DNA of 64,000 nucleotides, taken from the NCBI RefSeq assembly GCF_000181795.1, contig NW_003526944.1, forward strand, positions 2,055,797 through 2,119,796, written 5' to 3'. The number at the start of each line of letters is the position of its first letter. Position 1 is the stretch's first letter. The stretch is from Trichinella spiralis. Taxonomy: Eukaryota. Of the stretch, positions 50,295 through 64,000 are shown piece after piece. The position numbers were made by a program, and so were the translations under genes. The notes beneath the pieces were generated by a model. That model made no database searches. It had not been told where the DNA came from and was given only the letters and a program-made list of their open reading frames with translations.

Positions 50295-53200
50295 CTACCT
50301 GTACTTCATAGCTTCCTTGTATGCAGCTGCAATTGATTGGCGATATAAAGTTTTGCGCGCTTCAGCTACTTTCTTTTTGTCCAAACTTATATCAAGTCCT
50401 AACGGTTTCAGGCATCTCTTCGGTAGCCAGTTCCTGGTAATTAACAGATGCATCATATGCATATGATAAGCAAAAAAATTGGAACCAGCAGAGTTGAGTG
50501 ATCCTACCATGTGTGCATTGAGTTGAAGAGCATAACGAGGTACGATCCATCGTTGGGTTTGAGTTGAAGAACATCTTCCGGCGGAGATGGTATATCGGCA
50601 AGTTTACCCGTGAAACCAGTGCGAGGCATATCTGGATCAACAATCTGTACAATGATGAATAAACATGAAAACTACTGCCTGCGTGAGAATCAGTATACTT
50701 ATAAAATAAGTTCTCTGTTTACATACCATGCCAGGAAACCAGGGCATTGTGGAACGTTTTGCCCACACCAAGTCGAGCATTTCAAAGACAAATTCATCTG
50801 CAATAGGTTCATCGGAAACAGGCTCATCTGCAAATGAAAGTGATGAATAGAAAAATTAATATCGTAAAGATAAATGAAGATAAGCGAGAAAAAATTCCCC
50901 TACCACTAGGATGTTGCAAATCCATCGATGTTGGAATATCATCATTGGTCGTTTTCAAAACTGAAATTTCATATTTGTAAAACTTGAATGTGAACTCGTT
51001 CGATTTGTCAACAATTGAAGTTCACTAATTTGTGAAAAATTCACATTTCAAGCTTACCTGAAGTTTCTTCTGCATGATTCGACGAAACTTCCCCTTTCAC
51101 ATCACCTACATTGAGGGCCAACATTTGGTTAGCATCCATTTCAGAAGGAAGCATAATTGAATGGTCCTCTTCTTCTTCTTCTTCTTCTTTCAAACCATAA
51201 TTCGCAGCTTCCGAATTAGCCAACAGAACAGAGTTCAGAAGTGTCGAAGTTTGAACTGTCGACGACGGTTCATCAGTCCCGTTCAAAGTAGTCGATGCTT
51301 CCAACGCCGACGCAATACGCAAAGATTTCTGACGCGTTGGTCTCCAAACAGGGTTACTGGCCTCGCGCTTTCTAGGTCGACCAGGTCTCTTTTTCACTTC
51401 TTGATCGCTGAATTTCACCTCACTGCTATCACTATTGTTTTCATTAGCCTTACTGTGGTCGTCGTTTAGCCTGTATCCGGTCCCAGTATGCTGCTGCTGT
51501 CTGTCAACAACAGCACTTGACAAATCCAATGACGCATCCTGACCATTCACTAGCGCATTTGCTGACAACAACAACTGCGGTGAATGTTTGGAAGCGTCGA
51601 TCATGCTGACGTCGTTGTCCGCTGTCGAATCTGCTGCAGTATTCTCCAAATTCACTCCATCTGCGCATATGGTCTCGTCGACAAGTGAAACAAAATGCGC
51701 GGCATTTTCTTCCAACTTGGTCGAAAACGTCACCTCTGACAACTGATCATCACAAACGCTATTATTGTTACCAGTTATTTCTGCAAAATAAACATTAATA
51801 AGCAATAATATAACACTGTAAAAAAATCAATCGAAACACAACAAACCTGCATTAGCAATGGAATGGTCGTTGTTAGCATCGTTTTCGCTTCTTCGCTTCC
51901 TTAATATGCATATGCCCAACTCCCGTTTGATGTCATTAATGAACGCGTCCTTCTCTGAACACTGGCTGGCAATTTTTCTCAAACATTTCTCCTCTTCCAA
52001 TGCTCGTGCAATTTCTTTCTTCCCCTAAACGATAGAACTTTTTCAGTTGCAAATAATAATAATTAACATAATTTAATTTTCAGGCTACTACTTACAAAAG
52101 CATCCATCCGACGTCCAATTCTCAGGTAAAAACGATTTTGTCGGTTAAATTTCAAACAGTTGGCAATCATCAAGTTGAAATCGGCCATAAATTCATTCAC
52201 ATTCATGTATTCAAATTGAAGTACCTTTTTGCGCATTGTGCCCAAATCCATCGGATTGGAAATTATGGATCTATATCCGGGTACAATTTCCTCGCTCACT
52301 GGTTGCGCAAACACTTCTTCGACATCAAAGGCAAGAAGTCTGTTAACGAGGTCAAGTAACAACAGCTTTATTGGAAAACAAACACTGTGCATTCTTTCCA
52401 TTTCAAACAATAACTACAAACAAAAAAAGAAGCATGTATGAATGAATTCATCTTGAATAGACAAAATACTGTTAATGAAATTTCAAATGTCAGATTGGGT
52501 TGGAAAATTGTAAAAAAAAAATCTCCAAGCAACAAAAATAAACTTTTCCCCACAAATTACCATTCTTTTCTTCAAAATTTCCCGTTTCTTGAAATCGCCA
52601 AGAACACTGCAAACGTTCCTCAATTCCCTTAGCATTGTCGGACGATCTATTTTCCGTGTTTCGGTATTTTCTGACTCCGCATCTTTCTTGTATATAGCCT
52701 GTGAGGAGAAGGTGAAATTTGCAACGTGAAATTTCCACATGATAAATAAAAAAATACCAAAGTTGAAAAGCTCTCTTGAACACCACGCAGAAGAGGTACG
52801 CCCAAACGAGAATATCGCTTACACATCCAAAAGTTTACCAGTCGTTGAAAAAATATATCATCTGCAGACATACGTACAGAATTTGCAATTTGAATAAGTC
52901 TGTAATTGAAAAAAAAAGAAGAATATATAATTTGAAGAATTATATCCCAATCGTCGTCGTACCTGATCGTTGGAATGACAGGTAGCAGACCAACGTAAGA
53001 AGCACTTCTCTTTTCTGCCAGCACTTTTCTAGCCTGACGAGCAACAACCTTTGACGATTCTTTTAAAACATCTATCGCTTCTCTGAAAGAAAAAAAAACA
53101 ATCATCCTTGTCCCATGAGCAACCAATCAAATGTAAATCATTGGAAAAATATAAACTCTACTCGCTATTGTCCATTCATATTTACATAAAAGAAACTTCA

Positions 53201-55819
53201 GATCATAAATGTAGTATTATATATATATAAGTTTCGTACTCATTAACAACCACAGGTTCCACTACTTTGCTGACATTGGAAACTTCGTTCGGCGTGTGAA
53301 CACCGCAATAGGAAATTTTTCGAACAACTTGCTCTTCAGCAGATACAGATGGATCAACGACTGGCTCAACTTTCATGTACAGATTAGCACCAAGTCCGCA
53401 TGTGACATGAAAAGCAGTATAACAAGTCGGCACTTGACACTGGATGCAAGCTCCGACGTTGCGACGTTTGCAAATGTAACAAACAAGCTTCCAACGTGCT
53501 GCGGGGATTTCATTTAGACACTGAAAAATATATATTATAAATTAAATTGACTAGAGCATAATCGAATAACAACAAGATCACATCAACCTCGATAGGTTCC
53601 AAGAAAACCAAATTAGCAAACTGAACTTCAGGAATCCACATTGCGCAAGCAACGTGAGCCCACCGACCGTCGTTTGTCTGCTTCACCGCGCCAGCACGGT
53701 TTGGACACAAACAACAATCGACACTCCTAGCCGGTGAAAGCTGACAACGCCTACAAAGCCATTGACCTTCGGGAATATACGGAACACCATAGCATTCCTG
53801 AAATAAAAATTAAAAATCAGCAACCAACATATTATTATTAAAATAAATAACAAACTTGATGAACAGGCATATTGCACATATCACAAAAAAGAATAACATT
53901 CGTATTTTCACAATCTCCATCATTGCAAACACAACAAACCGCATCCTCATCCACAGGAGGACCCTGACCAATGCTAGGCACTTCAAAATAGGAAACCTTT
54001 TCCAAACGATCCATTACAAATTCCATCAGTTTTTTATTAATCGGAGCAAGGTTGATAGATTTTCTCTTGTCATTAATAAGTTTCAACCATAAATTATCCT
54101 AAAAGTATTCTTCACATTTTCTTGTACAAATCAAAATTCACTTTACTCACTTCTTCATCCAAATCGTACGTAACATCTTTAATGAGGTCTTTATAAGAAA
54201 CATCCCTACACTTGATGTATGTTTTTGACAAAATAAAATTACGCCTAGAACGCTTGGGCGGAGCTTCTTCACACGGACGGCATTCAGCGTGGGGTAAGTG
54301 TTCTAAAAATAATCCATCATTAAACAAACTATTTAAAATATTTACGCAAATAACAATAAACGACGATAATAATCCAACAGCATTACCAAGTTTACTTTTA
54401 GGAGCTCTTTCGAATTTTGGAGTGAACAACAAATCTTTCCGTTTCAAAGGCGTATGGTTTCTACCACTATTGGGTGTACTTCGAGAGTCAAAAGAGATTC
54501 TTTTCTAAAAGAAAAGAAAAAAAAATCAAATCAAAGAACAGTAAATTTGCAAAGCTGACGGTTATTTCATTTAAGGCGTAAGCATAATTAATAAAATTGA
54601 AAATATAAAAGTTTTATAACTTAAAAATAAAATAAAAACAATTATAAAATTCTTCATTCGCATTTGAAATTCTCATACAATATATGCACTTAAAAAATTA
54701 ACTTCAAAATTTACATTCAAAAAATAACCAAAACACCTGACAACCTTAATCCATTACAGTCAACGAATTCTTGACCCTTTTGAAGTTAACAAAGAAAACC
54801 AGCTTAAAAACATGCTTTGCAATCAATTTGTAAAAGCAAAAAAGCTGTTTGGGTGTTAAATTCAAGAAGCGTTGTATTAAATTACAACAAAAAATATTTA
54901 TTAAAATGCATAAATTTCATTAAATGCTCATTTTTGACAAACGCTGGCAACAATTACACGAGCATAAATAACTAACGGCATTAGAAACTCAAATATAATA
55001 ACAATCATACGAATCATCAAAATTTTTTAATTTTATAATACCACTGAAATAATGAAAAACATTCGGACTTAATTTAATATATTAAAATTCAAAGCATGAA
55101 CGTTAAGATGAACAAAACTGAAAACAAAATTCGTTTGAATTTGCACCAGGAACAAATGCTATTTACAACAAAATGTAGACAAAGACAGCTAAAAATAAAT
55201 TAAAATTGTGTAATTCGTGTTTGAAAAATCTTCGTTAGCAATAAAATATAATAACCACTTTAGTGACCACAAAAACACAATTAACAGTGTTGAAATAAGT
55301 AACTAAATTTATATGTATATACAAGGTACAGATCAAACTAAAAGAAGATCAAGACCGGAACAGCAAAACAAAACAATTGAAAGTAAAAATGAATAACGAC
55401 AAAACAATTTTTAGCATCTGAAAATACAATTGAGAAAAGACTGATGCATTTTTGAAACTTAAAAATAAAGATAAGTTTCAGAGCTTAGAAAATATATAAA
55501 GTGCTAAACTGCAAAAAATGCTTACTTCAACTGCTGACGCCAATTGAAACTTAAATTTTCCATCAATGCCACTAATGTCCACTTCATAAATTGAATGCAA
55601 ATCATGCTGATGTTCAATAACATCTTCTTTGGGATTTTTGCAGACCAGCGGAGTTTTCTTTTTATTCAATGTTTCATGAATTGCATGCTTAAAGTGATAT
55701 CGAATACCAGAGAAGCTTTTGTAGGAGCTACCACAGTTATCTATTGGGCATACAAATGGAGGACCCTTTCCTTTCAAGTCAGATAAAAGTCGATATGCCG
55801 TAACGTGATCAAGCTTCAT
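50295..55819 (-). CDS. BRPF1: BRPF1/Peregrin-type MYST acetyltransferase scaffold (C2H2 finger, EPC-like, PZP, bromodomain, PWWP)
   Basis: [103 protein letters not shown], bromodomain [29 protein letters not shown]-like LVWAK..PWFPGM. Confidence 0.95.
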
Positions 55820-56939
55820 CACTCAGTAAAAAATCTTCAACTCGAGTATCAAGATAGTGCTACTTAAAATTATTGAAATGTATTCCTCATATGGATTAAA
55901 ATTCTCATAAAACCGTGTCCTGGAAATAAGTTTTACAGAAAATGAACAACTGAAAACAATCCAACGCCAATCTTTCTAGGAGTTATACGTACAGTAAATT
56001 TTAAAATACTTACAAGTCTTAATTTTATACAGTGCGAAATTATTCAAAATTTGAAATAATATAAATACTTCATTTCCAAACTGTTTGTAAAATACTTTTA
56101 AAATACACATTTCAACTTCTTATTCTAATTTGTTTTTCAAAAAGCAAATGAGAAAAAGCAATTCGTTCCAAATTTACATAGATATTAAAATTCCTTTTTG
56201 TTGAAAACAGAACTGAAATATCACTTCTAAAATTTATCCAATTAATAAAAAAATAATTTTTTTGAAATATTAATGTTTTAAAATATATTAAATTACCTAA
56301 AAGTAAATTTACTAGAAAATTAATGTTATCGATTGCAAAAAAAAATAAATTTCAAAAATTATGCTCATATAACATTAAAAAAATATTTTATTGCATGCTT
56401 AGATTATTTTTTTCATTTTTCAGATTATTTTAATTAAAAAATGAATGATAATAAAAAATTAAATCTTAACTGCAATCATACTGTAGTGTCCTAAATAAAC
56501 AAATTTTAATTTGTTACATAATTTGTAATACCTTTTTTGTTTTAAAAAAATACTTTTAAAATTAGTTTTTCAAGCAAATTTGTAATATTTTCCCATTTTT
56601 CACATCACACTGCTTGGGGCATTGACACATCATTACAGTACATAAAAATGAGTTCCAAAACTAATGATTAGGTAGATTCTTGTTGCTTGAAATTTTTACC
56701 ATATTTTGAATTCAATTCTTCTGTTTCAACTATATGATAAGGAAGCTTATTAAAAGCAAATAATAAATGCAACTATGACATGTTTAATACAAGTACAGAA
56801 GGAACACTGGCAACAACTAATTTAACAAAAAGAAAAAAGTTTGCTTCTGATCATTTACATAATTTTGAATTTAACTTAGTATGAAGCTGAAATGCAAACA
56901 ATGAACCATCAATAATAGTGAATACATGAACCTAGCGGT

Positions 56940-59007
56940 TCATGACAATTTTACATCGTCGGAAAGCTTCATCCGAACCCTATGCTCAAGCCACTCAGCC
57001 TCACCTTCTGTTAATCGCACGTTTCCCACATGGTGGTGTTTCAAAATCAACGATAACTAAATAATTTTCATTAAAAAACATATATAATACATTTCTGAAA
57101 TTTTACCGTAACCGGTGTGATGTTTTTCTGCACTGTCACCATTATCTCTATGAAAACCTTGTTCCCACATCGTTTCACAACTCCTCTTAAAAATACAAAT
57201 AATTGCACAGTCATAATAATAATAATAATAATAGTAGTAGTAAAATCCAATGTTAAGTGACTTACTCTGCTTCATCTTTAGGTGACTCTTGACTTTCTTC
57301 CGAAAATTGAGTCGAATAAACAAACTTGGGAACTCTGATTTCCCCAATAGGAAGAGAAACCTAATTCAATATCAAAAGTATTCGTACACGTACCAAAAAA
57401 ATTCTTTTAATCATAAATAAAAAACACTTTTATATTTTCATTTTCACTCGCATCAGGTAACAAAAATAATGCTACATCCATCAATGAGCCATTAGTGATG
57501 GTTATTATAACTTTTGTCTCCTTTAAAAAAGCAAAATTTCAATTTTAGCATACTGTATACACTGCTAACAACAATACATAACTTGTAAATAAATTGGCAA
57601 AAGTAAAACAAATTCAATACTTCGTTAAGTTTGAAATCAACCTGCTCAGCGAGTCGTAGTTCTGGAACGATTAAAGGAGCTGAATAATTTATCTTGAACT
57701 TTATTGATTCTGGCACATATTCTCCTTTTGAAATGTTATGATCGCATTGCTAAAACACTTTACAGTATTCAATTAAAAAAATACTTTTACAAAAAAAACA
57801 TTCTCGTTACCGGGCAACGCAGCGACTGTTTAACAAGCAACTGCTTTTTCACTGGCAGCAAATCCTTCACATAACGAGGCTGAAGAAGCGGCTGTCTTAA
57901 TCGCTGTTCCATTGATGTAACTGAAGAAAAAGAATAAACAAAGTCAACATGTAATTTATTTGTTACAATTAATCGAAATATTATTTGGAGCAACTAATAA
58001 TAAATATTCTAAATTTCGTGTTGAAATTACGAAGCCAAAGATTACCATCTGAGATAAATAATGAATTGACAAATACAGAACTATCCAACGGTTCGACATC
58101 TTCACTTGATTCATAAAGAGGTGAAAAAGATTCCAAACTTGTGGACATTTGCTGCTTTGTCAAAAAATCGTGCATCGGAAACTTATCCTATTTTAAAATT
58201 TTGTAAAAAATAACATTTTTCAAATTTCAATGGCAAACTTTTTTACTGGATGAAATTGAAATAATGATAAACGTTTCGGCATGAATTTCTTTCTCTCAAT
58301 CTGTAATTTTTCCATTCTCGCCATCTGTCGGAATCGTTCCATAATACATTTCAACTAAAATATCCAAGCGTAGTAGGAAATTTTAAAATATAAAATAAAA
58401 CACAACTACTTCTTTGGCATAAGGTGGTTCGGGCTGGTTGCATTTTTCTATGATGGATTTGTCATCAGGAATTCCAGCTTCTAACGATGACCACATACAT
58501 GTGAAACACTGAAGTCGAAACTGCTTGTTATTATTCTTTTCACTTTCATTTTCATTCGATTTCTGAAGCAGAAAGTTAATTAACAGAATTTAAACAAATC
58601 CAACCACAAATTTCTACTTCCAAATCGCCGGAATTTGCATTTCCGCATTTTACACGAATCTCAAGCTTCGCACCGCACACTGGACAATCACAGCAAACTT
58701 CGCACCTGAAATATTGATGACCAAACAAATTTACAAATATAAATAAAGCAAACCTATTTTTTGTCGCTCTAGCTTCTGCAATTGATCGGTTTTCCATGCA
58801 CTGGGCACAAAAAATACTGTCCACCTTAAAGTTATTAAATTGAAAATTTCAATGATAAAGAATAGATGATTCCAAAACCTCTGGCTTTGCACAGTTGTAA
58901 CATCGAAAGCAGATGCAGTGTTTGCAAAAATAAAGTTCACACAACGGAAGCCAGCGTTGACATGAACAAAAATACAATGTTCTCTGAATATCATAAAGCG
59001 TGCTCAT
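56940..59007 (-). CDS. DCTN4: Dynactin subunit 4 (p62)
   Basis: Cys-rich N-terminus LPLCELYFCKHCICFRCYNC..EVDSIFCAQCMEN..KNRCEVCCDCPVC, then SMEQRLRQP and KQSLRCPQCDHNISK. The last exon ends DDVKLS-stop. Confidence 0.93.
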
Positions 59008-59756
59008 TACCGCTATATGAGAAAACTGCAAATAAGAATTTATCTTATTAAAATGCATTAACAGCATCTACAAGATTAAATTATTCAAACTGTTATCATT
59101 TATCTGAAATCAACTACTAACATAGTAACAAAGTGAAAATAATCACAATTCTCTTTTAATTAATAACAATAATTGCAAACCAAAATAGAATTTACAATTC
59201 TAATTACTGAAATTAAATGCTACTTTTTATTAGTTACTTTAGTTAATTTAAATTATATACTTTAGAAATTATAACAAAGTTATTATGAAGTAAAACAACA
59301 GTTTTCATAAAATGATAAATTATTTGACATAATAAATGAAGCTTTTTTTTGTAATTTATAAGTTCAAAATCATGCTTATTACAAATATCACCAGATTTTA
59401 TAACATTACCTATGACAGTTGCTGATGCTTTTCATACAGTATTACAAACGTTATTTTCAGGTTTTATTGTGTATTACTTTGCATAAAAATTTCGAAAGTA
59501 GAACAATTTTAATCAAAGAGATACATACTGTCCATTTTATTTTGCTAACAGCTACAGTTTCTTAAAATTACGAATAAAAATGAAATGGTTCTGAAAAGTT
59601 TCTGAATCTTAATAATAATGAGATCGTTTTTTAGAATTTGGAAAAACATATCTTATTTGCTTAGCAATGTAATTTCAACAGAGATTGTTTCGCCAAAGTA
59701 TTACTTAAAATAAAATGACAGAGAAATTTTCACCAAATTTGAATAGTTCAAATTGT

Positions 59757-59786
59757 GCGCAGAGTTCGAATCCTTCGGCGGGCGAG
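59757..59786 (+). other. tRNA-like 3' fragment (T-loop/B-box)
   Basis: gttcgaatccttcggcgggcga resembles a T arm plus acceptor 3' strand. No matching 5' half lies upstream. Confidence 0.3.
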
Positions 59787-60706
59787 TCAGTTTTCAGTAA
59801 AAGCGACGGCAATGTCGGATGAAAAGCAGCGTGGGCTTTAAATATTATCAAAGAAATCCTCAAGAAAAGTATAAATTATGATAATAATGCGCGAATTTTC
59901 GAAGGCTTCCAACGAAAAATACAGTGGTAAATGGCAATGCATAGTTATTTTAAATATACTTCTGTAAATTGCATGTTCTACATCGCAGAAGAATATTTTA
60001 TATTTGTTTGGAAGTGAACTGCTTACTTTCATTAAAGAAATTAATGCTTTTATAATTCTTATTATAATGACTTTCTGTTTACTATATACATAGCGCGCTT
60101 TATGGCATTTAATGATTTTATATCGACTTCAATGCCACTTTTAACAGAAAAGAAAAAAATAAATCACGTCATCGCATATGTAGCTTGTACTGTTGATTCA
60201 CTGATTTTTCAATAATTTGCTTCACTTTTACATGGCATTTGGACATAATTGAATAAACCAACGCTTGACTTACTTTCCTATTTATCCAGCTGCAATCTTT
60301 CTTTGTAATACGCTTCAGATTTCTTTCTGTCTGCTTTTCAGTAACATTCTTGAATGGATTCTGCGCAAGTTGAGTGAAATTTTTCTTTAGTGTTTTAATA
60401 ATGCTAGGATAACACTAATGAGAACAGACAAATATCACGAATAAATATATAAATAAATATAACAAAATTAAACAGTTTATTTCAAAATGACATATTTATG
60501 GTGAACACAAAATACATATAATTTGAAGAAAGAAATATTTATGGAAAATAAATAAATGTGATCAGCAGCTGTAGTACAACTTTTCAATATACTTCGTATG
60601 TAAAACCGACTTTCAAACATATCTACAAAATAGCACCTTATGAAAAGTGCTAATATCTCGATTACTTTTTCTTTCTTATTCACTAACTTTGCTTTACCAA
60701 AAAATC

Positions 60707-62158
60707 TCAGCGACAGCTTTCATGAAATGCAATAATTTTGGTGTCACGAAATTCGCGAATGCATGATGGAAGATTGTCTTTCAAAATCTTCTTACAGTAT
60801 ATGCATGGTTCAGAGTAAATATTTCGATAGTAATGCAGCCAATTCTAAAAAAAATCAATTCGTGAAACGATTCAACAATTGCACTAGTCATTATGTTGAA
60901 ATCGAGAAAATCTTAATTGCATTATCATATCTAAAATTATCTTACTTCATATTAAAAAAAACATTACACAATTTTCTTCATTTCAAATAAAAGTTAAATT
61001 ATTTTATACAATAGCAGTTTCTATTTATACTTCAATTGTAAAACAACATGCAATTATAAACTAAAAAATAAGTATTAGTAATAATGCTTCAAAAAACTTA
61101 CAAAAAACTGACGAATTAAAGTTTGTGGAAGTTGCAAGTTTGAATAGGATGAATTAAACTGTGCTATCATGCATTTTACATTTTCAGTCATTTTTTGAAA
61201 TACGATGTACTGTGAAGGTTTGTATATGTCTCCCTACAAAAAGAACATTAATAAAAAATACATAAAGTCAAATAAATAAACACTTTTTCCAAACAGTTCT
61301 GATTAAGTTCTTCTGGGCCTTTAACATTTGCCCATTCGATCTGCAACCCCCTCAGCAAAATAGCCACTTTAAAAATAGTACAGGGTCCACGTAAAGCATC
61401 TACAGCTGAAGTCTGTACATTGAAACTTACCTAGAAAGCAAAAGTTAAAAAAGACACTGGAAAATTAAACGTTTACCAAAAGCATAAATACACTTCGTCC
61501 AAGTGGAAGGCTAAAAATGTGAACGCCTGGAAACTGACGTTGAATCATCGGAAATAAATGGCTTAAAAATCTGAAAATATCTTATTATAACATATTAATA
61601 AAATATTTAAATAAATACCCACGTAAGATTCACTTGAAGAAATACAGGCAGAAATACCTTTCGTAGACACCTTGATTGACTTCTCCGAGACATTTGACTC
61701 ACAAAATTATACAACCATTGAGCACTTTCTCGAATACGTTTCACCCATTCATAAACATATACAATATCAGGATAAATTTGTGCTTCATCAGTGCAATAAC
61801 TTCTAATTTGCTGGTTTAAATTAGGGTGTAGAAACTGCACCGGCTGTTTGGACAAGGAAACGGCACATTTTTCGAGAATTCTGTAAAATTAATTTGAAAA
61901 GTAAAAAAAGTACAATTTACTTTCAATCAAATACTCGAAGTTATCCATAATTTTCTGCAGAGTAGATTTAAAATTTAACCAAAGATCAGATTCTTCCGCT
62001 TTTTCATCCGTAACAGGAGTTTCACGAATATCTTTCAACGTATCAAACAATCTGCTCATTGATTGCCTCAAATCGCGAACTGCTCGCAAACCTTGCATCA
62101 CAGTAACTTCAGCTAGTTCAATAGGAACACTAACAGTGCCCGACTGATTTTGATTCAT
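60707..62158 (-). CDS. MED27: Mediator subunit 27
   Basis: N-terminal GLRAVRDLRQSMSRLFDTL, middle IEWANVKG and SQYIVFQKMTE, C-terminal Zn-binding pattern WLHYYRNIYSEPCIYCKKIL..REFRD..FHESCR-stop. Confidence 0.88.
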
Positions 62159-62848
62159 TGGATATATCTTTCTCACCACTAAACAGTTACATAAAGATAT
62201 TAATTTTTGATCTTTGTTCATGAAATATGCAAAAGTATTGAAATTGAATATTTAGATAGAAAAACATCATTGAAATAAAAACTTCTGCAAAGAACTACTG
62301 AGCAAAGTTTTCAAAGAAGTTTAATTGGCGTACTGTAGAAATGAAGGTTTAAATTAATGACTGTAACAGAATACAGTTTCATTTCAAAAATTGAATTTAA
62401 TGATTTCGTACCAATAAGTGCAAAAAAATAGAATTTACTTTTTCGCATTTAGTACTTTTACCATCAGATTTTGCACCATTCTAAACCATATTAAAAATTA
62501 TTCCTTCTTACTGATTACTGTAATAGATAATTTTATTCTATGCAGATTCTCTAATGCATTTTACTTTTTATGTTTGTAATTTTAATGAACTAGGTAACAG
62601 GCAAATACTACATAGTTAATGTAACGACGACTTCTTCGTACTGTTTTTGATTTGATAAGTTATAATTAGAATAAAAGTATTTAAATATTTTTCATCTCTT
62701 AAACAAATTTGCCAAGATTTTTGTTTTCTTCTCTTTAAAGTATACGTAAAATGTAATTTAATGCTTTAAAACAACTTTCGGTTTCTTTTACATGACATTA
62801 TAAACATACATACACTCTCTGATCGATTTTAGATTATTTTTTCTAGGA

Positions 62849-63759
62849 ATGGACGTTCCTAGTATATGGCATAGCAGTGTTAAAAAGTCCGCTGATTCTG
62901 AGCAAAATAATTCACCTGAAAACAGTAAATCGTCCTTTAAAACACTGATTAAACTTGTGACGCCACAGGAGCGGCAAAATGTATTATTCAATATTGTGTG
63001 GTATTGGCCAATCGATTTTGATCGCCGAGCACTATTATTAACTTCTGCACTTGTAAACTTGATGTCTGGCCTCTCAGGTTTGTACATTTCAAGGATTATC
63101 CGACAACAGTTCTTTCTTGGCTCTGTTGGCTTGATTCGAAGCACAATGTCCAGTTATCTTCTATCCGCTAGTTTAAATGCAGCAGCATATTTCACGCTCA
63201 TTTGGAAACCTATTAATGACACGATACTGGCTGGTGATACATCACTCTACAGTCCTTGTCCAGTATGCTTTGAAATTAGACAAGTAGCTGTGAATCTTAC
63301 GTGCGGTGTGTTAATACCAATTTTATCCTCGCCGATTCACTGCGCTTATTTAGTCGAAAGTACAAAAGCATATGAAATTCCTCATATTCGTCAATTTCGA
63401 CGATGGAATGCATACCTGTGGTCGAAAATTAAACCCCTGAAAATGCCTTTTCTCTGCGTCGCAGCTGTACAGACAGTGGTCTCATCTGCATGTCTTTATT
63501 TGCAGATGGCTAGCTTGCAGCGAATTTCAGATGCTTTAGAAGTTGACGATGAAATCTCGTCTCAGTTTTTCAAAGCCAGCTTCCAAGAAACTACCAGTAC
63601 TACTAACCATATTGATCGATTCAAAGCCTGGTTTGGAAACATGTTCAATAAAACAGTGAGATGTTGTTTAAAAATAGTGCCGTTATATTATTTTACAAAA
63701 ATTTACTTATTTTTGTTTTTTAGAAATGGAAGAATGAAGAATCAACGAATTTTAATTAG
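62849..63759 (+). CDS. TMEM126-like multi-pass membrane protein, 2 exons (intron 63656-63723)
   Basis: Four hydrophobic segments and the motif CPVCFEIR..GVLIPILSSP..AY..KAYEIP, which resembles the TMEM126 CxxC region. The spliced end reads KWKNEESTNFN-stop. Confidence 0.7.
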
Positions 63760-64000
63760 ATGAAAATTGAATATTAAAATGAGTCCTACTTAATGATTGC
63801 AATATATGAACACATGTATCTCGAATGGGATAAAAGATATATTTCTTTAAGGTTATATTTTGAAGCGCAAATAACGTTTTCATATTAAATTAGCAAGAGA
63901 ATGCTCGCCAGAAACAACATAACTTGAAAGGCATTTCATACTGTAAGTAAAGCAAGCGATTTTGTTTTTTTATTTTCATTCATTCAAAATATTGATAAAG

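Overview
AT-rich, intron-dense eukaryotic DNA with short (about 55-90 nt) introns and a nematode-type gene set. It looks like a clade I nematode such as Trichinella, but this is inferred from gene content and composition only. About 17 protein-coding genes can be modelled by hand: a Kunitz/thyroglobulin-domain protein running off the left edge, an intronless DEG/ENaC channel, a single-Ig protein, a 6-exon orphan, kindlin (unc-112), SepSecS, a fibrinogen-domain protein, a secreted 18-aa-repeat protein, a divergent I-BAR/IMD-like protein with 64-aa repeats straddling an assembly gap, LC3 (lgg-2), FICD (fic-1), EPS8, capping protein alpha, BRPF1/LIN-49, dynactin p62, MED27 and a TMEM126-like gene. 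No prokaryote-type system, CRISPR array or intact transposon is visible. The best leads are: (1) the DEG/ENaC subunit, which has two convertase sites flanking a 24-aa peptide and lacks both the canonical HG and GxS motifs; (2) the I-BAR-like repeat protein; (3) a donor read-through switch in eps-8; (4) a GC-AG intron in SepSecS. Exon boundaries are hand-read and may be off by a few bases, and all family calls rest on remembered motifs, not database searches.
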